Translations under genes and position numbers: made by a program
Notes under the pieces: model-generated
Seen by the model: the letters and a program-made list of their open reading frames with translations, nothing else
Told to the model about the DNA's origin: nothing
Databases searched by the model: none
Part shown: positions 20,475 through 30,019 of the stretch, one piece after another
Position numbering within the stretch: the stretch's first letter is position 1
How the letters are laid out: the number at the start of each line of letters is the position of its first letter
DNA from: Candidatus Karelsulcia muelleri PSPU
GTDB taxonomy: Bacteria; Bacteroidota; Bacteroidia; Flavobacteriales; Blattabacteriaceae
Assembly: GCF_000829155.1 (NCBI RefSeq)
Contig: NZ_AP013293.1
Location: 1-32,000, forward strand
Direction of reading: 5' to 3'
DNA length: 32,000 nt

Positions 20475-20891
20475 ATGAAAAAAATAGCAATAATAAATGG
20501 CCCAAATTTAAATCTTTTAGGTAAAAGAGAACCAGAATTATATGGTAATAAAAAAATTGAAGAACATCTTTTGATTTTAAAAAAATCTATTAAGGCTAAT
20601 ATTTTTTTATATCAAAGTAATTATGAATGTGAAATTATTGATATATTACATTATATAGGTTTTGAATACCATGGTATTATAATTAATCCAGGTGCATATA
20701 CTCATACTTCTCTTGCTATAGCAGATGCTATAAAATCTATATCTACTCCTGTAATTGAAGTTCATATTACAAATATATTTTGTAGAGAAAAAATTAGAAA
20801 TAAATCATTGATTACAGAAGTATGCAAAGGCAGTATATTTGGATTGGGTTTAAAATCTTATGATTTAGGAATATTTAGTTTCCTTTATTAA
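20475..20891 (+). CDS. aroQ: 3-dehydroquinate dehydratase, type II
   Basis: 'INGPNLNLLGKREPELYG', 'IIINPGAYTHTS' and 'EVHITNI' are hallmark type II DHQase segments. The protein is 138 aa. Confidence 0.9.
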   Translation: MKKIAIINGPNLNLLGKREPELYGNKKIEEHLLILKKSIKANIFLYQSNYECEIIDILHYIGFEYHGIIINPGAYTHTSLAIADAIKSISTPVIEVHITNIFCREKIRNKSLITEVCKGSIFGLGLKSYDLGIFSFLY

Positions 20892-21432
20892 AAATAAAAT
20901 TTAATTTATTAATATAATTAATTATATTTATTTTATATTTTTTTTTTTTTATAGAGGTTTTAAAAAAACGATTTAAATAATTATATTTTTTATATATTTT
21001 TTTTTTATAAAAAAAAATATTTTTGTTTAAAACAAAATTACTAATTTTATCAATTTTAGTAAATATTATGCAAAAAAAAATTTTTTTTTTATAAAGCCAT
21101 TTGATAAAATTTAAATCCTTTTTTTGAGGAGGTATTCTTATATCTATTAATTGAAATAAACATATTAAATTTTTTGTGTTTCTAATATAAAATTTAATAA
21201 TTTTTAAAAAATTATTTTTCATTAATTTAGACCGTCTATAATATCCATATCCTGGTAAATCTACTATAATACATTTATTATTAATTAAATAATTATTTAT
21301 TGATGTTGTTTTTCCTGGATAAGAAGATGTTTTAGCTAAATTTTTTTTATTTATAATTAAATTTATTAAACTAGATTTTCCCACATTTGAACGTCCTATA
21401 AAAGCATATTCTGGTAAACTATTGTTACACAT
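20875..21432 (-). CDS. engB: Ribosome-biogenesis GTPase EngB/YsxC/YihA
   Basis: GTPase motifs G1 'GRSNVGKSSLIN', G3 'DLPGYGY' and G4 'TKIDK' are present at a family-typical size of 185 aa. The gene overlaps the aroQ 3' end by 17 bp. Confidence 0.8.
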   Translation of the reverse strand: MCNNSLPEYAFIGRSNVGKSSLINLIINKKNLAKTSSYPGKTTSINNYLINNKCIIVDLPGYGYYRRSKLMKNNFLKIIKFYIRNTKNLICLFQLIDIRIPPQKKDLNFIKWLYKKKIFFCIIFTKIDKISNFVLNKNIFFYKKKIYKKYNYLNRFFKTSIKKKKYKINIINYINKLNFIFNKGN

Positions 21433-21434
21433 TT

Positions 21435-22685
21435 TTAATTATTTATTTTTTTATATAATATTGAAATATTATGACCTCCAAATCCAAATGTATTAGATAT
21501 GCTCATTAAAACATTTTTTTTTTGTGCTTTATTTAAAGTTAAATTAATTTTAATATCTATTTTATCATCATAATTTTTATGGTTAATAGTAGGTGGAATT
21601 ATATTATATTTCATACTTAAAATAGATGCTATTGATTCTATCGCACATGACGCTCCAAGTAAATGACCAGTCATAGATTTAGTAGAACTAATATTAATAT
21701 TATATATTTTTTTTCCAAAAACTTTTTTTATAGCTTTTATTTCAGTAATATCTCCTTTTATAGTAGAAGTTCCATGTGTATTAATATAATCTATTTTATT
21801 TTTACTAATATTTGCACTTTTTATAGCTAAATTCATAGCTTGAATTATTCCAAATCCATTTGGATCTGGTGATGTTATATGGTATGCATCTGAAGACATT
21901 CCCACCCCACCTATTTCAGCATATATTTTAGTTCCTCTAGATACGGCATGATTATATTCTTCAAGAATAAGACATCCAGATCCTTCTCCTAAAACAAATC
22001 CATCTCTATCTCTTTCAAATGGCCTAGAAGCAGTTTTATAATTAAAATTATTTGTAGATAAAGCATTTAATGCATTAAAACCACCTATTACAGTTTGTGT
22101 AATAGCTGCTTCTGATCCTCCCGTAATTATAATATCGGCTTTATCTAAACATATTAAATGATACGCATCAATTATTGCATTAGCTGATGAAGCACAAGAA
22201 GAAACTGTTGAATAATTAGGACCCAATATTCCATATTTAATAGATATTAATCCTCCAATAGTATCTATTAAAATTTTAGGTATAAAAAAAGTATTAAAAC
22301 GTGTTTTTTTTTTATTATTTGCATAATTAAATACTTCATTTTCAAAATTTGATATTCCTCCTAGTCCAGATCCCCAAACAACTCCAATTCTATCTTTTTT
22401 TTCTTTTTTTAAAATTAATCCACTATCAAATATAGCTTCTTCACACGCTATTAATCCATATTGAGCACAAGGATCTAATTTTTTTTTTTCTTTTATAGAA
22501 AAAAAATTATCAGGATCAAATTTTTTAATTTGACATGCAAATTTTGTTTTAAAATACTTAGTATTAAAATAACTAATAGGAGTAGATCCACTTATTCCAT
22601 TTATTAATGAATCCCAATATTCTTTAATATTATTACCAATAGGAGTTATTGCCCCAATTCCAGTTATTACAACTTTTTTATTCAT
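21435..22685 (-). CDS. fabF: 3-oxoacyl-ACP synthase II
   Basis: The active-site Cys region 'VSSCASSANAI', His regions 'NTHGTSTIKGD' and 'SMTGHLLGAS', and the C-terminal 'NTFGFGGHN' are all present. The protein is 416 aa. Confidence 0.9.
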   Translation of the reverse strand: MNKKVVITGIGAITPIGNNIKEYWDSLINGISGSTPISYFNTKYFKTKFACQIKKFDPDNFFSIKEKKKLDPCAQYGLIACEEAIFDSGLILKKEKKDRIGVVWGSGLGGISNFENEVFNYANNKKKTRFNTFFIPKILIDTIGGLISIKYGILGPNYSTVSSCASSANAIIDAYHLICLDKADIIITGGSEAAITQTVIGGFNALNALSTNNFNYKTASRPFERDRDGFVLGEGSGCLILEEYNHAVSRGTKIYAEIGGVGMSSDAYHITSPDPNGFGIIQAMNLAIKSANISKNKIDYINTHGTSTIKGDITEIKAIKKVFGKKIYNINISSTKSMTGHLLGASCAIESIASILSMKYNIIPPTINHKNYDDKIDIKINLTLNKAQKKNVLMSISNTFGFGGHNISILYKKINN

Positions 22686-22686
22686 A

Positions 22687-22941
22687 TTAATTATCTTCTT
22701 TTTTAGAAGAAATATATTTTTTTATATATTTATTTGCATCATCTACAGTAATAATTTTTTCAGCTATATCATCAGATATAATTATATCAAATTTTTTTTC
22801 AAATTCCATAATTAGTTCTACTTCATCTAATGAATCAGCCCCCAAATCATTTAGAAAACTAGCTTCAGGAATAACTTTTTTTTCATCTACCCCTAATTTT
22901 TCTATTATAATAAATTTTATTTTTGAAAAAATATCATCCAT
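22687..22941 (-). CDS. acpP: Acyl carrier protein
   Basis: An 84-aa acidic protein with the phosphopantetheine attachment motif '[16 protein letters not shown]'. It lies 1 bp upstream of fabF. Confidence 0.9.
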   Translation of the reverse strand: MDDIFSKIKFIIIEKLGVDEKKVIPEASFLNDLGADSLDEVELIMEFEKKFDIIISDDIAEKIITVDDANKYIKKYISSKKEDN

Positions 22942-22951
22942 AAATGTATAA

Positions 22952-23242
22952 TTATATTAATATAGTTAATCTATTATTATTTATGTTTAAATAACCATAA
23001 TTTATTTTAATTTTTATAATTGTTGTATTATCAATATATGATATATTTACATCATTATTATGATATAATTTTTTATCAATAAAAAAACTACTATAAATTT
23101 TTAGTATACCATATGATATCATTGATATCATTGAACAATGATTATTTAATATTTCAAATTTACCTTCTTCATAAGGTAAAAATACGGCGTATCCTTCTAT
23201 ATCAAAAAGTGTTGTTTCTTTTTTTAAAATTAATATTTTCAT
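22952..23242 (-). CDS. atpC: F0F1 ATP synthase epsilon subunit
   Basis: It lies immediately downstream of atpD. '[23 protein letters not shown]' aligns to E. coli epsilon '[23 protein letters not shown]'. I place the start at ATG 23242 (MKILILKKE...), 16 bp after the atpD stop. The track's longer 23284 start would overlap atpD by 26 bp. Confidence 0.7.
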   Translation of the reverse strand: MKILILKKETTLFDIEGYAVFLPYEEGKFEILNNHCSMISMISYGILKIYSSFFIDKKLYHNNDVNISYIDNTTIIKIKINYGYLNINNNRLTILI

Positions 23243-23258
23243 GTATAATAAATAAACA

Positions 23259-24752
<1,494 letters not shown>

Positions 24753-24808
24753 TTAAGTATAAATAAATAACGTTTTACTAAATTTAATATAATTAAAATT
24801 ATATAAAT

Positions 24809-25567
24809 ATGTTTTTAAAAAAAAAATTAGGTCAATTTTTTTTACATGATAAAAATATTGCTAAAAAAATAGTAAATAGTATTTCTTTTAAAGAATCAAA
24901 AAATATTGTAGAAATTGGCCCAGGAATGGGTATATTAACACAATATTTATTATTAAATAATAAAAATTTATTTCTTATAGAAATAGATAAAAAATATGTT
25001 TCATATCTTAAAATGAAATATCCTATTATAAAAAATAATATTTTTCATAAAAATTTTTTAAATTGGAAACCAAAGGATTTTTTTTTATATTCTTTTACAT
25101 TAATTGGAAATTTTCCATATAATATATCATCACAAATATTGTTTTTTATAATTAAATATCGTGAATATATACCAGAATGTATAGGAATGTTTCAAAAAGA
25201 AGTTGCTGATCGTATTACCTCTAAACATATGAATAAAAACTATGGTAAATTATCTGTAATAATGCAAACATTCTATAAAATAGAATACTTATTTACAGTT
25301 AATAATACGGTATTTATACCTAAACCTAAGGTAAAATCGGCTGTTGTAAGAATGTTAAAAAAAACAAACAATATTAATATTAAAATTTTTTTTAAAATAG
25401 TTAAAACTGCTTTTCTTTATAGAAGAAAAAAATTATATAATTCATTAAAAATATTATCGTTATCTCCTGATTTTTATAAAAATCCTATTTTGAAAAAAAG
25501 AGTTGAACAATTATCTGTAAATGATTTTATTTTACTTACAAAGTATGCTAGCAATTTTTTAAAATAA
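24809..25567 (+). CDS. rsmA: 16S rRNA (adenine1518/1519-N6)-dimethyltransferase
   Basis: 'LGQFFLHD' (GQNFL-type), the SAM-binding 'EIGPGMGILT' and 'GNFPYNISS' (NLPYNIS-type) are present. The protein is 252 aa. Confidence 0.9.
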   Translation: MFLKKKLGQFFLHDKNIAKKIVNSISFKESKNIVEIGPGMGILTQYLLLNNKNLFLIEIDKKYVSYLKMKYPIIKNNIFHKNFLNWKPKDFFLYSFTLIGNFPYNISSQILFFIIKYREYIPECIGMFQKEVADRITSKHMNKNYGKLSVIMQTFYKIEYLFTVNNTVFIPKPKVKSAVVRMLKKTNNINIKIFFKIVKTAFLYRRKKLYNSLKILSLSPDFYKNPILKKRVEQLSVNDFILLTKYASNFLK

Positions 25568-25616
25568 AAAAAAGCTTTTTTTTATTTTTAAAAAAATGTA
25601 TATTTATATAATAAAT

Positions 25617-25689
25617 CGCGGGGTGGAGCAGTTGGTAGCTCGTCGGGCTCATAACCCGAAGGCCACAGGTTCGAGTCCTGTCTCCGCTA
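25617..25689 (+). tRNA. Initiator tRNA-Met (anticodon CAT)
   Basis: I folded the cloverleaf by hand from 'cgcgggg tg gagc agttggta gctc g tcggg ctCATaa cccga aggcc acagg ttcgagt cctgt ctccgct a'. It is nearly identical to E. coli tRNA-fMet through the anticodon arm. Initiator hallmarks are present: an unpaired 1:72 (C.U), A11:U24, and three G:C pairs closing the anticodon stem. CCA is not encoded. Confidence 0.9.
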
Positions 25690-25922
25690 CTTTATAATCT
25701 GTTAATACTTCATTAGGTAATAATTTTTTTTTTATATTCCCGTAGGGGGGGTAACAATATTTTTAGGTTTTATATTAAAACTAGCTATAGGCAGACTACA
25801 TTTCATTCTAGAACAATTAGATATATTCTTGCGAATTAAAATTTAATAAAGTCTGATAATATTTAAATTATTAATAAATAATATTTAAATGTTAAAAAAA
25901 CTATTTATACACGTGTCTGGTT

Positions 25923-28900
25923 ATGTTTAAAGAATATAAAAATCTAGAAATAGATAAGATAACAAATGAAATAAGATGTTTTTGGGAAAAAAATAAAATT
26001 TTTGAAAAAAGTATTATTTATAGAAATAATAAAAAATTATATGTCTTCTATGAAGGTCCTCCTTCTGCTAACGGCTCCCCTGGAATACATCATATTCTAT
26101 CTAGAACAATAAAAGATATATTTTGTAGATATAATACTTTAAAAGGGCAAAAAGTAACTCGTAAAGCAGGTTGGGATACACATGGATTACCAGTGGAATT
26201 AGTTGTAGAAACAAAATTAGGTATTACTAAAAAGGATATAGGTAAAAAAATAAGTATATATACATTTAATAAAAAATGTAAGGAAGCTGTAATGCGTTAT
26301 TCTAACGAATGGAATAAATTAAGTAAACATCTTGGTTATTGGATTTATTTAGATAAACCATACTTTACATTTAAAACTAAATATATAGAAACTATTTGGT
26401 GGTTATTAAAAAATATTTATAAAAAAAAAATTTTATATAAAGGATATAAAATACAACCTTATTCTCCTGCTGCAGGTACAGGATTAAGTTCACATGAACT
26501 AAATATTCCAGGGGCTTATAAAAAAAAATCAGATTTAACAATAATAGTTCAATTTAAATCAAAAAAAAATACACTTCCCAAAAAATTAAAAAAAATAAAT
26601 GGAGATATATATTTATTATCATGGACAACAACCCCATGGACTTTACCTTCTAATACTGCATTAACAGTAGGAATAAATATAGATTATGTAGTAATATCTA
26701 CATATAATCCTTACTCTTTTTCAAAAATAAATATAATTTTAGCTAAAAAATTAATTAAAAAAGTTTTATACAAAAATTTTTTCCCTGTAAGTAATGAAAA
26801 AGAATTAAAAGAAATAAAACAAAATAAAATTCCATATTTAGTTTTAAATGTATTTAAAGGAGAAACACTTATTGGAAGTTGTTATGAACAATTAATTGAT
26901 TGGTTTTTACCATATAAAAATAAAGAAAAAGCATTTAAAATTATATCCGGTAATATTGTAAATAAAAAAATTGGAACTGGAATAGTTCATATTTCCCCTA
27001 CATTTGGAGAAGAAGATTTTTTTTTATCTAAAAAAAATGGTATTCCTCCAATGTTAATTTTAGATAAAAATAAAATTCCTATACCATTAGTAGATATGGA
27101 AGGAAAATTTATAAAAGAAACCCCTTATGGATTTAGTGGAAAATTTGTAAAAAATGAATATTATAGTTATGATAAACGTCCTGATAAATCAGTTGATTTG
27201 GAAATAGCTTTATTTTTAAAAAAACTAAATAAAGTATTTAAAATCGAAAAATATATTCATTCTTATCCTCATTGTTGGCGTACACAAAAACCGATATTAT
27301 ATTATCCTTTGGATTCTTGGTTTATTAAAACAACTTCTTTAAAAAAAGAAATGTTATATTTAAACCAATTTATAAATTGGAAACCCAAATCAACAGGTAA
27401 AAAAAAATTTGGATATTGGTTAGAAAATATAACTGATTGGAATTTATCGCGTTCTAGATTTTGGGGAATACCTTTACCTATCTGGCGTACAAAAAAAGGA
27501 GATGAAGAAATAGTTATAGGATCTATAGAAGAATTAATAAATGAAATAGAGAAATCTGTTAAAGAAGGTTTTATGAGTTACAATCCTTTTAAAAATTTTA
27601 TTATAGGAAATATGTCAGAAAAAAATTATAATAGTATAGATTTGCATAAACATAATTTAGATAATATAATATTATTATCTAAATATAAAAAACCTATGAT
27701 TAGAGAATCTGATATTATCGATGTTTGGTTTGATTCAGGTGCTATGCCATATGCACAATTACATTATCCTTTTGAAAATCAATTTTTAATTGATAAAAAA
27801 AAATTTTTTCCTGCTGATTTTATTTGTGAAGGTGTTGATCAAACAAGAGGATGGTTTTTTACATTACATACAATATCTTGTATATTATTTAATTCAATTT
27901 CATTTAAAAATGTTATATCTAATGGATTAGTTTTAGATAAAACAGGTAAAAAAATGTCTAAAAGTAGAGGAAATACTATAAATCCTTTTGAAATTATAAA
28001 AAAATATGGTCCTGATACTATTAGATGGTATTTTATATCAAATTCTTCCCCATGGGGGAATATTAAATTTAATATAGAAAAAATAGAAAACATAAAAAAA
28101 AAATTGTTTGGAACATTATATAATGTTTATTCTTTTTTTGCAATCTATGCTAATATAGATAATTTTAAATATAAAGAAAAAGAAATAAAATTAAAAAATA
28201 GGCCAACTATTGATAAATGGATATTATCAGAATTGAATACACTTATAAAAAAAACATATAATAATTATAATAATTATGAACCTACAAAAGTAGCACGTAA
28301 AATTGAAGTCTTTGTAATAGATAATTTAAGTAATTGGTATATTCGTTTATCTAGAAGAAGATTTTGGAAAGGAAATTATACAAATAATAAAATTTCTGCA
28401 TATCAAACTTTGTATACTTGTTTATTAACAATATATAAAATATCATCTCCTATCGCTCCATTTTTTATGGATAATTTTTATAAAAATTTAAAAAATACTT
28501 TAGAGCCTTTTGAAAGTGTACATTTATCATATTATCCTAAATATAATATTTCTACTATAGATAAAAATTTAGAATTAAAAATGAGTATAGCTAAAGATAT
28601 AACATCAATGATTTTTTCATTAAGAAAAAAAGAAAAAATAAAAGTTAGACAACCTTTAAAAAGAGCCTTGATATTAATCAATAATTTTCCCCCAAAAAAA
28701 AATTTTATTATAAATATAATAAAAAAAGAAGTTAATATAAAACATATTAAATTTTTATCAAATAAAAAAATGTATAATTTTACAAAAAAAACAATTAAAA
28801 TAAATTATAAATTACTTGGACCTAAATTTGGTAAAAATATAAATTTAATTAATTCATTAATAAGTAAATTAAATAAAAAAGAAATAAAAAATATAGAAAA

Positions 28901-29309
28901 TGTTTATTTTTTTATAATAAAAATACATGATCATAAAATATGTCTTTCTAAAAAAGATGTATATATATTAACAGAATATATGCAAGGTTGGAGCGCTATT
29001 TGTTATAATGGAATTACTGTAGCATTAGATACTAATATATCAGAAGATCTGAAAAAAGAAGGATTATCTAGAGAATTAATAAATAAAATTCAAAATATAA
29101 GAAAATATTATAAATATAAAATTACAGATAAAATTTTATTATATATAGAAACTTCTAAGTTTTTAGAAAAAATAATAAAAAATAATAAAAAACATATTTG
29201 TGAAGAAACACTTACTTCAGAATTAATTTTAATTAAAAATTTAAAATATGGAATATTTTTATATATTGAAAATAAGAAATTTAAAATTTTCTTAAAAAGA
29301 AACCTCTAA
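25923..29309 (+). CDS. ileS: Isoleucine--tRNA ligase (long, Bacteroidetes/eukaryote-like type)
   Basis: HIGH region 'GPPSANGSPGIHH', 'KMSKSRGN' (KMSKS), 'WDTHGLPVE' and 'WTTTPWTLPSN' (editing domain) are present. The protein is 1128 aa. Confidence 0.95.
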   Translation: MFKEYKNLEIDKITNEIRCFWEKNKIFEKSIIYRNNKKLYVFYEGPPSANGSPGIHHILSRTIKDIFCRYNTLKGQKVTRKAGWDTHGLPVELVVETKLGITKKDIGKKISIYTFNKKCKEAVMRYSNEWNKLSKHLGYWIYLDKPYFTFKTKYIETIWWLLKNIYKKKILYKGYKIQPYSPAAGTGLSSHELNIPGAYKKKSDLTIIVQFKSKKNTLPKKLKKINGDIYLLSWTTTPWTLPSNTALTVGINIDYVVISTYNPYSFSKINIILAKKLIKKVLYKNFFPVSNEKELKEIKQNKIPYLVLNVFKGETLIGSCYEQLIDWFLPYKNKEKAFKIISGNIVNKKIGTGIVHISPTFGEEDFFLSKKNGIPPMLILDKNKIPIPLVDMEGKFIKETPYGFSGKFVKNEYYSYDKRPDKSVDLEIALFLKKLNKVFKIEKYIHSYPHCWRTQKPILYYPLDSWFIKTTSLKKEMLYLNQFINWKPKSTGKKKFGYWLENITDWNLSRSRFWGIPLPIWRTKKGDEEIVIGSIEELINEIEKSVKEGFMSYNPFKNFIIGNMSEKNYNSIDLHKHNLDNIILLSKYKKPMIRESDIIDVWFDSGAMPYAQLHYPFENQFLIDKKKFFPADFICEGVDQTRGWFFTLHTISCILFNSISFKNVISNGLVLDKTGKKMSKSRGNTINPFEIIKKYGPDTIRWYFISNSSPWGNIKFNIEKIENIKKKLFGTLYNVYSFFAIYANIDNFKYKEKEIKLKNRPTIDKWILSELNTLIKKTYNNYNNYEPTKVARKIEVFVIDNLSNWYIRLSRRRFWKGNYTNNKISAYQTLYTCLLTIYKISSPIAPFFMDNFYKNLKNTLEPFESVHLSYYPKYNISTIDKNLELKMSIAKDITSMIFSLRKKEKIKVRQPLKRALILINNFPPKKNFIINIIKKEVNIKHIKFLSNKKMYNFTKKTIKINYKLLGPKFGKNINLINSLISKLNKKEIKNIENVYFFIIKIHDHKICLSKKDVYILTEYMQGWSAICYNGITVALDTNISEDLKKEGLSRELINKIQNIRKYYKYKITDKILLYIETSKFLEKIIKNNKKHICEETLTSELILIKNLKYGIFLYIENKKFKIFLKRNL

Positions 29310-29312
29310 ATA

Positions 29313-29942
29313 TTGATTAAATATTATTTAATTACATTAAATTTAATAATTTTAGATCAATTTTTAAAAATTTATGTTAAAACACATTTTAAATTAGGAC
29401 AGAGTATAAAAATATTTAAATGGTTTAAATTTTTTTTTATAGAAAATCCTGGTATAGCATATGGTTTTAATTTGAGATTTGGATATCTAGAAAAAATAAT
29501 TATTAGTATAATTAAAACAATAATAATTGTTATTTTTTTTTATTTTTTTTTAAAAAAAAATAATAAAACATCTTTTTTTTTTAAAATATCAATATGTTTA
29601 TTATTTGCTGGTTCTATTAGTAATTTATTAGATTGTTTTTTTTATGGTATTTTTTTTAATAAAGGAGTCTTCTTTAAGAATAATACTTGGACAGGTTATG
29701 AAGGAATTTCTAAATTTTTTTTAAAAAAAGGATATTCTTTTTTTATGTGTGGTTGTGTTGTAGATATGTTATATTTTCCATTTTTTAAATTAATAATTAA
29801 TAAAAATTATGAATTAATAATTTTTAATATTATATTTAACATAGCTGATATTTGTCTAAGTCTAGGAGTCATAATATTTTTTTTATGCTCCCCAGGCTGG
29901 ATTCGAACCAGCGACACCCTGATTAACAGTCAGGTGCTCTAA
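29313..29942 (+). CDS. lspA: Lipoprotein signal peptidase II (TTG start; 3' end runs antisense through tRNA-Asn)
   Basis: The conserved boxes 'ENPGIAYGF' (NxGxAFG) and 'FNIADICLSLGVIIFF' (catalytic Asp box) sit in a multi-TM profile. The only start-like codon is TTG at 29313, 3 nt after the ileS stop. The last 18 codons overlap tRNA-Asn on the other strand. Confidence 0.75.
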   Translation: MIKYYLITLNLIILDQFLKIYVKTHFKLGQSIKIFKWFKFFFIENPGIAYGFNLRFGYLEKIIISIIKTIIIVIFFYFFLKKNNKTSFFFKISICLLFAGSISNLLDCFFYGIFFNKGVFFKNNTWTGYEGISKFFLKKGYSFFMCGCVVDMLYFPFFKLIINKNYELIIFNIIFNIADICLSLGVIIFFLCSPGWIRTSDTLINSQVL

Positions 29943-29962
29943 CCAAACTGAGCTACTGAGGA
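29888..29962 (-). tRNA. tRNA-Asn (anticodon GTT)
   Basis: The minus strand reads 'tcctcag ta gctc agtttggtta gagc a cctga ctGTTaa tcagg gtgtc gctgg ttcgaat ccagc ctgggga g'. The cloverleaf is complete, with GTTCGAAT in the T-loop, and the 5' end UCCUC matches E. coli tRNA-Asn. CCA is not encoded. Confidence 0.9.
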
Positions 29963-30019
29963 ATTATATAAATATATAATTTATTTTTTATTTTTAAAAA
30001 TATATTTTAAAAATATATT

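Noticed and set aside
25692-25783. The GC-enriched patch ('cccgtagggggggtaac') between tRNA-fMet and ileS, considered as SRP RNA, tmRNA, an RNase P RNA fragment or an extra tRNA
   Set aside because: I could not find the conserved cores (SRP GGAA/AGCA domain IV, tmRNA tRNA-like ends, RNase P 'GAGGAAAGUCC') or a cloverleaf on either strand. It is kept only as part of the relic hypothesis.
25889-25930. A 13-codon upstream ORF (MLKKLFIHVSGYV*) overlapping the ileS start, and the palindrome 'acacgtgt' at 25909..25916, considered as a leader or attenuator
   Set aside because: It is too short and AT-rich to distinguish from chance. No terminator or antiterminator alternative structures are visible, and it is not enriched in Ile codons.
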